A stretch of 37,502 nt of DNA from IMG/VR virus record IMGVR_UViG_3300001487_000052, positions 1-37,502 of that record. One strand, written 5' to 3'. Position numbers and translations under genes: made by a program. The notes beneath the pieces were generated by a model. That model searched no databases. It had not been told where the DNA came from and saw only the letters and a list, made by a program, of their open reading frames with translations. The stretch's first letter is position 1. Each line of letters opens with the position of its first letter. Positions 18,920 to 26,016 of the stretch are shown here, piece by piece. The DNA is from a virus. Lineage: Duplodnaviria > Heunggongvirae > Uroviricota > Caudoviricetes.

Positions 18920-19370
18920 CTCGAGTGGTGGAAATTAGTGAGTGAGGAACGAACGAACGTTAAGATTTCCAAAAAATTTCGCTACGAGCGACGGATGGAT
19001 GCGAGAAGAAATTTTTAACGAAGAGTGACCTAAACGAAAAAGAGCGGGTTCAACTCGTTAATGTAACGTAATGATCGACGACGTAGGAGGAGAGAATGTA
19101 GTGGAGTAGAGTTGTGGCGCGCAGCGGGAAGGCGCTCTTTAGGGTATATGTCAAGCTAAAAGATTAAAGCGGAACGCTTAAAATACTTAGCTTGTTATTG
19201 GATCTCGCTTCGTCTTTCACTATTCGCTACGCTCATGTTTCGTTCGTTTCACTCACTACACTCGTTTCAGACTCGCTCGAAGGTTTCCATTCCACTAGGT
19301 CATTACATTCCCCGTTTCGTTCATTCTTCACTCCACTCCATTCCCTTTTCCACTCCAAACAAAAAAAATA
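18920..19370. other. Non-coding tract B with two oppositely oriented purine-rich hairpin arms and a central hairpin (origin-like)
   Basis: Plus strand is purine-rich at about 18925-19130 and minus strand is purine-rich at about 19200-19365. Hairpins at 18972-19016, 19075-19093 (TCGACGAC-GTA-GGAGGAGA) and 19224-19234 on the minus strand (GAGC-GTA-GCGA). Central AAGCTAA..AAGCG-GAA-CGCTT..TTAGCTT. Confidence 0.65.
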
Positions 19371-19379
19371 CGAAGACTT

Positions 19380-19841
19380 TTAATCCCCGTATTTAAGTTC
19401 ATAGTACAATTCTTCTGTTTTCTGGTTTATCTCTTCAATCATCAGGTCCATTTCTTCTATGCTAAAACCTGATTCTTCCACTTCAATTTCTTTTACTTCT
19501 CCTCCTCGTGTTATATGAATTACCTTTACCTCATCTTTATCTAGGCCCGGTATTTCTTTAGCGTAGGAGGGGATTTTCTTTCCTTCCTTTTCCAAACTAC
19601 CCTTTAAGATAGCCATATTGATTTGACGGCATGTTTCGCTAGACCCCGTTACAGTGATCTTAGTTTCTCCTTTCTCCGTCTTAAGAAAATCCCACACTAA
19701 TTTTCCATTTTCATCTCTCACTCCAAAATCATCATCCTCGTATTTCTTAACTTCGGTAGGTGAGACGTTAGAGATTATAGTTTCCAGTGCTTTATCCACT
19801 AGTTCTTTCTTACATGTACAAACAATTATAATATTTTTCAT
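19380..19841 (-). CDS. Hypothetical protein
   Basis: 153-aa ORF; CCTTATA at 19848-19854 on the minus strand immediately upstream. Confidence 0.75.
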   Translation of the reverse strand: MKNIIIVCTCKKELVDKALETIISNVSPTEVKKYEDDDFGVRDENGKLVWDFLKTEKGETKITVTGSSETCRQINMAILKGSLEKEGKKIPSYAKEIPGLDKDEVKVIHITRGGEVKEIEVEESGFSIEEMDLMIEEINQKTEELYYELKYGD

Positions 19842-19856
19842 AACACATATAAGGGT

Positions 19857-20204
19857 TTAGAGTTCATAATGGCCGGGGAGTATTTTTTCAGCTTCATTAT
19901 ATTCTTCAAACTTAGCTATATATTTCTCCCTTTCTTCCCAGCTAGGAGAATAGAAAATATCAGTATGAAATTGGTGAAGACTATTTCCTGTAGTATTCTC
20001 AAACATTACACCTATATTATCTTTTCACATCTTTTCTATTTGTTTTAGAGATGGTTTTTTCCTTTGTAATATGGGAACACAATACATTCCCCTATAACTA
20101 TCACCCCTCGACAAAATAGTTAAGCTTAATTCCATCTTCCCCTCTTTATATTCATACTTCTCCTGATCCCAACGTCGAAGTCCTCTATAAACAATGTACT
20201 TCAC
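19857..20204 (-). pseudogene. YIV(F/Y)-family paralogue interrupted by an in-frame TGA at 20025-20027 (or two small genes of 59 and 49 aa)
   Basis: GTG start MKYIVYRG...; the frame stays open for 56 codons after the TGA, up to TAA at 19857. Confidence 0.45.
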
Positions 20205-20385
20205 GGTAATAGTTTATTTTATAACCCTCTTTTAAGTTTATTTCCAGCCAATCTCTTCCTATTTCCATTATTCCTCTTCTACGTATCATAATAGCATAAT
20301 CCGGACTTGACCTAGTGATTATTATATATGGAGATGTGTTATTATTTTCATCGTTATATCTGAAAATTACATAATCAAACCTCAC
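20185..20385 (-). CDS. Small YIV(F/Y)-family protein
   Basis: MRFDYVIFRY...YYREV. Confidence 0.65.
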   Translation of the reverse strand: MRFDYVIFRYNDENNNTSPYIIITRSSPDYAIMIRRRGIMEIGRDWLEINLKEGYKINYYREVHCL

Positions 20386-20713
20386 GATAATATATAAGTT
20401 CTAGTTCTTTCCGTTTATTTTTAAGAATCCATTCTTTCCTGTATCTCACTATGTTTTCAGGGGCATCACAGAACCATTGAGGGGGATATCCTTGATTATA
20501 AAACATAGTGGTTAATAGAATAAATGAGGTTATAGATTCGCTTATTTTTGAAGATGTTATTAAGCTCTCTAGGATTTCTTTATTTGGGTGTTTTCTTCCT
20601 ATACTCTCCACAGCCGCAACAATACCGTCATGGGAGATAGAGATAAAACATGTGATGGTGTCTGATTCTGTATTCCTAAATCTGAAGACTATGTAATTAA
20701 GATTGGTAGACAT
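20375..20713 (-). CDS. Small YIV(F/Y)-family protein
   Basis: MSTNLNYIVFRF...YYREV. Confidence 0.7.
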   Translation of the reverse strand: MSTNLNYIVFRFRNTESDTITCFISISHDGIVAAVESIGRKHPNKEILESLITSSKISESITSFILLTTMFYNQGYPPQWFCDAPENIVRYRKEWILKNKRKELELIYYREV

Positions 20714-20975
20714 AGTTTAAGCTTATCTCCAGTTTCCTAATCAACTTCATTAATTCACTAGCACTACTACCCCTTAGCATTTCCATTGTATATTTTTTTA
20801 TCTTTTTATTATACCCCGGTCTTAAGTAATTTTTATGTAGGATAGTATTTATGATTTTCCTACTAACTCTCTTTTTCATCAGCCTAGGAATTTCAGCATT
20901 AAAGGTACTAGCGGTTTCTGGATGTAGTATAGTTAGTATTTTATGTCCGGATCTCTTAAAAACAATATACTTCAT
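20697..20975 (-). CDS. Small basic YIV(F/Y)-family protein
   Basis: MKYIVFKR... Confidence 0.7.
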   Translation of the reverse strand: MKYIVFKRSGHKILTILHPETASTFNAEIPRLMKKRVSRKIINTILHKNYLRPGYNKKIKKYTMEMLRGSSASELMKLIRKLEISLNYVYQS

Positions 20976-21328
20976 ACTCCTCCAATAAAAATAATTATCA
21001 TTTCAAACCCCCTAATAGTTCTTTCCATATCCCCTTTCCACCAATCTCTTTTATAGTTTTTTATCTTCTTTATTAATTTCCTATACTTTCTATCCCTAGA
21101 CTCCTCATTAAAAAGTCTTGTAGTTCTTATATGGGGATTAGTGGCAGTTATTTCTATATTTCTCAAGAAGTTTATCCCCAACCTTTTTCTTAATTGTAAA
21201 TTTGTATATCTAGAATGGGGGACAAAAAGAGTTATATCATTTGTTTCGAGGTTTAGGATGTTTAAATTAAGTCGTCTTCCGTAATAGTCTAAGGCAAGAT
21301 AATAAACGTATTTTTTATATCTTTTCAT
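20972..21328 (-). CDS. Small basic hypothetical protein, first gene of the array
   Basis: MKRYKKYVYY...; CCTTATT at 21338-21344 on the minus strand upstream. Confidence 0.7.
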   Translation of the reverse strand: MKRYKKYVYYLALDYYGRRLNLNILNLETNDITLFVPHSRYTNLQLRKRLGINFLRNIEITATNPHIRTTRLFNEESRDRKYRKLIKKIKNYKRDWWKGDMERTIRGFEMIIIFIGGV

Positions 21329-21337
21329 CTATACAAA

Positions 21338-21490
21338 AATAAGGACTTGAAAAAAGTAGCGACCAGTAAAAATATGCGTTTTTGAGTCATTTTTTCCGTT
21401 TTTAGCCTTTTCTGACCTCTTAAATTACCCCCAAAAACCTCAGCGACCACTTTTTTTGCAGTTTTTGATATGAAATCCTTATATATGTAG
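21338..21490. promoter_or_regulatory. Divergent control region: minus-strand CCTTATT, two AGCGACCA boxes, plus-strand TTTTGATATGAAATCCTTATATATGTA
   Basis: Boxes at 21358 and 21442, CCTTATA at 21477-21483; near-identical architecture to 612-744. Confidence 0.6.
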
Positions 21491-21559
21491 AGAGGAATGC
21501 TTTACTTTATTTTTTGCACTGGACTCTCTATTAACATAAACTTTTAAACGCAGGAAAAT

Positions 21560-23266
21560 ATGAAAAGAGAAAATGAGAACTTAATGCAGAAATTATTTGG
21601 GTCTTTTGCTTTAGGGTCTGGTCGTTTTGCGTTAAGATCAAATGTATATAATAATGGAGGAACACCAGGATATTCTCCTATAGGTGGAACTAGTCAATCT
21701 CGCATTTTTGATGGGATGGATAGAAAATCACCTCTCCTCGGAAATTATATGCCATCTTCTCGCTTATCATCCTATTACGAAAAACTAGCGGAACTTAAAG
21801 GATATCAGCTCTTAGACATATCGAAACTAGCTACTAATTTTTTTGCTGACTATATTATAAACTTCTTAGCCGATGAAAGTAATGGAGCTCAACTAGTTAC
21901 GATTATGGATGAATCTGGTAATAAAGACGAAACAAAGACAGAAAGAATTAATGATGTCTTAGTGAAGGATATTAAGATTTTTGACTTTATAAGAGACCAC
22001 ATTCAGGATTACGTTTTCTATGGTGGGTATTATAGTATGCTCAGAAATACTAGAGATGAATTAGGACATCTTAGGTTTAGAATTGAAGAACTTTATGATC
22101 CTATTTCCGTAGTTATCAAGAAGAAAAGAATCAAAGAAACAGATGAGATAGAAGAGGTTTTCTTAGCTAGGTCAGATGAAAATGTTATCTATGAAATTCC
22201 TAAGAAAGAGATGATCTATATTTCAAATACCGCACTTCGTCTTGTAAATGATCTCTCCCCGGATTGGAATGATAAGAATAAAAAGTCCTGGTTACATGAA
22301 AAACCGAAAGAAGGTGGAAAAGGAACAAGAGATAAGGTAACGAGAAAAGAATCATATCAAGCAGCAGAACCATTATTTTACAGTTCCATCATAAAACTAA
22401 AGGAACTAGTTATAAAAGAGCTGCTTGTATCCCTAATCTCTTTACGTGATCTTACTTCGGTTCAAATGTTCCTCTTACAATTTGATAAAGCTGTACCCCT
22501 AGAAACTGCTAATGAATTATGTGCTAGAGCTACAAAACTGGCTAATAACACTAATGAAATTTCTAGTTTCTTAACGTCTCAGTTTGATGTAGTCAGCTTT
22601 ATTGAAAACACCCTAACACAAAGCGCGAAGTTTATCCCAGACTATAATTCAACGTTGGGTAGTAAAAACAGTATGCTCCCCCTTGATAAACTCAGTGATA
22701 AACTTCTAGACATTATGCAAACTCTCGATCAGTGTAGAAATAATGTCCTTAGTCCTCTTGGTTTGCCTAGTACTATCTTAGATTCAACTTCTGGTTCTAA
22801 GTGGCAGGTCTTACAACAATCAGAGCGCGCTAATTCCAGGGTGGCTAGTTTTATGGCTGGTATTAAAGACTCAGTAACAAACTTAGTGTGTTCTGTCTAT
22901 GAAACACTATATGGAACTGAAATTGATCCTAGCCTTATTAAACTACATATTTCAGAAAAGACTAGTGTAGAGTATAATAACCAGATTAACCAGAGTGAGA
23001 GTATAAATGGATTGGTACAGGGAATCTCTAATATTATACAAACTTCCCTTCAGACCTTAGATTTTGCTTCCCCTCTTATTGATCCGGAGGCTTATCTTAC
23101 TTACATACACAACTTACTGAAAGATATAGACCCCAATACAGAAAACTTGATAACTGAGGAAACACTACAACAATATCTGCAACTAGTTCAAGCTAAGGTA
23201 AATAACTCCTTTGAACAACTTGGCGTAGATCCTAGTACTATCCAACAAACACCTGAACAAAGATGA
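21560..23266 (+). CDS. Portal protein (T4 gp20-like)
   Basis: 568 aa, first gene of the head module. The blocks DYVFYGGYY, MFLLQFDKAVP, FIPDY and NVLSPLGLP fall where gp20 has conserved blocks. Synteny portal-protease-scaffold-capsid. Confidence 0.65.
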   Translation: MKRENENLMQKLFGSFALGSGRFALRSNVYNNGGTPGYSPIGGTSQSRIFDGMDRKSPLLGNYMPSSRLSSYYEKLAELKGYQLLDISKLATNFFADYIINFLADESNGAQLVTIMDESGNKDETKTERINDVLVKDIKIFDFIRDHIQDYVFYGGYYSMLRNTRDELGHLRFRIEELYDPISVVIKKKRIKETDEIEEVFLARSDENVIYEIPKKEMIYISNTALRLVNDLSPDWNDKNKKSWLHEKPKEGGKGTRDKVTRKESYQAAEPLFYSSIIKLKELVIKELLVSLISLRDLTSVQMFLLQFDKAVPLETANELCARATKLANNTNEISSFLTSQFDVVSFIENTLTQSAKFIPDYNSTLGSKNSMLPLDKLSDKLLDIMQTLDQCRNNVLSPLGLPSTILDSTSGSKWQVLQQSERANSRVASFMAGIKDSVTNLVCSVYETLYGTEIDPSLIKLHISEKTSVEYNNQINQSESINGLVQGISNIIQTSLQTLDFASPLIDPEAYLTYIHNLLKDIDPNTENLITEETLQQYLQLVQAKVNNSFEQLGVDPSTIQQTPEQR

Positions 23267-23586
23267 TTATACTGAGGAATAAAAAATTTACTGAGCCGGG
23301 AATGGAACAACAACTTACCCCTAGAGAATTAATGCTGGAAAATTATAAGATGCAAAGACAGATTATGATAAACCAGAGAACTAGGGAAAAATTAGAAGCA
23401 GATAGGGCAAAAGCTAGAATGAGAGAGGTTCAGACCGCTCAAAGGATAGAACAGAAAAAGGATGAGCAAGAAAATCAGGGAAGAATAGAATCCCAGAAGA
23501 TGCAAAACGCTCAAGATTTACCCAGAAATGTTAATCTTTATAAGTCTAGGCCTAAAGCTGTAGATCCTATTTCCATGCCTAAATAA
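23263..23586 (+). CDS. Small head-module protein with N-terminal RNKKFT motif
   Basis: 107 aa, Gln/Met-rich helix. Confidence 0.7.
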   Translation: MIILRNKKFTEPGMEQQLTPRELMLENYKMQRQIMINQRTREKLEADRAKARMREVQTAQRIEQKKDEQENQGRIESQKMQNAQDLPRNVNLYKSRPKAVDPISMPK

Positions 23587-23594
23587 ATAAAATT

Positions 23595-23702
23595 ATGGAC
23601 GACGAAAGAATAAAAGAGAAGACTTTTACGGAAGGTGTAGAAGATTCTCAAGAAGTGTTTAAAGAGGAGAACAATTTTGATCCTCTTAAGATTAGACTAT
23701 AA
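23595..23702 (+). CDS. 35-aa acidic micro-ORF with KTFT motif (not in the track)
   Basis: MDDERIKEKTFTEGVEDSQEVFKEENNFDPLKIRL; fills the intergenic gap with an A-rich leader. Confidence 0.45.
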   Translation: MDDERIKEKTFTEGVEDSQEVFKEENNFDPLKIRL

Positions 23703-23729
23703 CAAACCAAAAGAAAGGAATAAACTACT

Positions 23730-24362
23730 ATGATTAATGGTAAAGAATTCGCTGAGAAAATGTTTAGCGATGTAAATAATGATAATACCCAGGAAAAGCT
23801 CTACAGTACTGGCTCTGAGGAACTGGATGCTATGTTAGAAAAGGCTTTTAGTGAGGGTTATGAAGCTGCCCAGAAAGAGTTTGCTAAGAAAGATGAGGGC
23901 AAACATACTGGTGCTAAAGTAGCTGGTGCCGCCGCTCTCGGTGCTGGTGCTGGTATCTATGGTGCTGAGAAACTTGGAAAAGGTGTTTCTAAGCTTGGTG
24001 CTAAAAAGATTGAAGGCGCTGCTGGTAAGAAAGCTATGGCTGCTATGGAAGGCGCTAGAAATGGTAAGGCTGCTCAGAAAGAACTCAGAGAAAAAGCCGA
24101 GAAGATGGAGAAGGCCGGTGAGAAAATGATTAAGACTGGTAATAAGATGCAGGAGCCCATGAAAGTAGTTCGTAATGCAAAGAAACAGGCCGTAGAAGCT
24201 GCTGAAAAGGGTAAAGGTGCTGTAGTTGAAACTGCTAATAAAGGTAAGAAGGCTGTTGTAGAAGCTGCCGGAAATACAAAGAAAGCTGTAGTTGAGACTG
24301 CTAAGAAGGCTATGAACAACAAAACTGTTAAGAGAGTTGTTAAGAAAGTAGTTAAGAAATAA
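23730..24362 (+). CDS. Putative internal head protein: acidic leader plus Lys/Ala-rich body
   Basis: KEFA, KMFS, KLYS, KAFS and KEFA in the first 52 aa; 11-aa repeats AVVE(T/A)A..K.K. Confidence 0.65.
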   Translation: MINGKEFAEKMFSDVNNDNTQEKLYSTGSEELDAMLEKAFSEGYEAAQKEFAKKDEGKHTGAKVAGAAALGAGAGIYGAEKLGKGVSKLGAKKIEGAAGKKAMAAMEGARNGKAAQKELREKAEKMEKAGEKMIKTGNKMQEPMKVVRNAKKQAVEAAEKGKGAVVETANKGKKAVVEAAGNTKKAVVETAKKAMNNKTVKRVVKKVVKK

Positions 24363-24451
24363 GTAATATGTCATTAATAAACCAGAAGTGACCTTAGAGT
24401 CTACCCTTTAATGTGGGCTTCTGGTTCTAAAAGATGTCTTAATATATCATA

Positions 24452-24494
24452 AGCCAGGACATTTAAAGATGTGAGATTCGATTCTACCCTGGCT
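24452..24494 (+). ncRNA. tRNA-like mini-element, copy 1 (7-bp stem, hairpin, T-loop arm), followed by a hairpin
   Basis: AGCCAGG/CCTGGCT; ACAT-TTAAAG-ATGT; AGA-TTCGAT-TCT; downstream AAAGCAC/GTGCTTT. Confidence 0.5.
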
Positions 24495-24554
24495 CTAAAT
24501 TAAAAGCACGAGAAAGAGTTGTGCTTTAAGAAAATTATAAATAATTAATTAAAT

Positions 24555-25391
24555 ATGATTATTGTTAGAAATACTACGTCTTTTTCTTATCCTGAAAACT
24601 ATATTATACTAGAGAAGGACTTTAGTATTTTGTCAAAAATCAGAGGTAAGTTGGCACATAAGATTACTACTTCCATAGTAAATGATATTAATATAATACC
24701 AGATTTAGTAGAGAATATAAGAACCCCAAAAAGAATTAAATTGGGAAAATCAGTAAGAACTGGATTATATAAAGCGGCTAAGAAGTCTGGAGCTAGAATA
24801 TCACCAATTAATGTTGGGGGTCCTGTTACAGTATCTAAAGATTTAGCACCGAATATATTAAGTTCAGCAAGAAGATATCCCAACTCTAGGAGAATTCTTA
24901 GAAAGTATCAAAAACGTGCACTAGAGAATAATGTTGGAAAATATCAAATAGTTCTAGGTCCTAGACCAAGTGGAGAGGCAGTAGCACATGAAATTGGACA
25001 CGTAATTAATCAAGAATCAAAGAATCCAATAGTCCGAAGAATATCTAGAATATCTGCAAACCCAGAAGTAAGGAAAAGACATGATATTGGATATGATTTA
25101 GTAGCAGGAGAAAATAATCCTGGAAATCATGGAAGGTCTGGTATAAAAAATCTGGTTAGGGATTTTATAGATAGCAAATCAATACTTTCAGATGAAAAAA
25201 GAGCGTCTAGGAATGGTATTAAACTATTAAAAAATCTTGGAGCTGATAAAGAAACTATTGCAGCTTCTAAAGCTAATATGGACACGGCTCAAGAAATATA
25301 TAGACGTAAAGGTAATGTAAATTGGAAGACTACTCTGAGAAACACAATCCAAACGAAAGATAAGCGAACTGGGGATATATTCTATGACTAA
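24555..25391 (+). CDS. Basic protein with zincin (HExxH) metallopeptidase motif
   Basis: AVAHEIGH plus downstream DEKRASRNG (candidate third zinc ligand); N-terminal TSFS and KDFS motifs. Confidence 0.6.
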   Translation: MIIVRNTTSFSYPENYIILEKDFSILSKIRGKLAHKITTSIVNDINIIPDLVENIRTPKRIKLGKSVRTGLYKAAKKSGARISPINVGGPVTVSKDLAPNILSSARRYPNSRRILRKYQKRALENNVGKYQIVLGPRPSGEAVAHEIGHVINQESKNPIVRRISRISANPEVRKRHDIGYDLVAGENNPGNHGRSGIKNLVRDFIDSKSILSDEKRASRNGIKLLKNLGADKETIAASKANMDTAQEIYRRKGNVNWKTTLRNTIQTKDKRTGDIFYD

Positions 25392-25851
25392 TGCTCTCTG
25401 CTTCGCATATAAAATAAAAAATCCTGCTCCAAGTTATTATGGGTTTGGAATCAATATAATAAATCAAGGATATGAAGTTTCTTTAATCGCTTATTTTCCT
25501 TCATTCCTTGGACTAAAACAGAAAACAATAAATAACAAGTGGAGAATTAAAGGAGAACCAAAGGAGGGTTATGTTCCAGTTTATATAGGTGATAAAGGTT
25601 GTATTATCACCCCTAATCACACACTTACTAGATACACAATAAGAAAAATAGAGCAAGTTTTATATAATGCTCTTAGTGATATTGTGGAAATTAAGTGTGA
25701 AAAGTCGGGGTGGTTTAAAAGGAAATACATAATCACCTACAATAACAAGACAATAATAAAAGAACAATATGGAAAATTAAATAAACATGAGATACTAAAA
25801 GAAATAATAAAAACAGACTTTTCAGAGTATTTCAGCGGTTTATTAGTCTAG
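25384..25851 (+). CDS. Hypothetical protein
   Basis: 155-aa ORF overlapping the upstream stop codon. Confidence 0.65.
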   Translation: MTNALCFAYKIKNPAPSYYGFGINIINQGYEVSLIAYFPSFLGLKQKTINNKWRIKGEPKEGYVPVYIGDKGCIITPNHTLTRYTIRKIEQVLYNALSDIVEIKCEKSGWFKRKYIITYNNKTIIKEQYGKLNKHEILKEIIKTDFSEYFSGLLV

Positions 25852-25893
25852 CCTGTACATTTTAAGATGTAGAATTCAATTTCAATACAGGCT
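25850..25893 (+). ncRNA. tRNA-like mini-element, copy 2
   Basis: AGCCTGT/ACAGGCT; ACAT-TTTAAG-ATGT; GAA-TTCAAT-TTC; compensatory changes relative to copy 1. Confidence 0.5.
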
Positions 25894-26016
25894 CTAAATT
25901 AAAAAGCACGAAACTCATTACAATAATTAGGGGGTGTATAATACTGCGCAACTTAAAAACATCCCCTATATATATTTTAACATTAACAACTGAGTTTCGC
26001 GAGCTAGTATATTGTA

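Noticed and set aside
23835-24374. 179-aa antisense ORF and other small overlapping ORFs across the window
   Set aside because: Mirror frames of low-complexity or A-rich sense genes (Phe/Leu/Ser-rich translations).
24452-24494. Canonical tRNA or tmRNA gene
   Set aside because: Only 43-44 nt, with no D arm, no 7-nt anticodon loop, no CCA and no tmRNA acceptor signature. Kept as a tRNA-like element.
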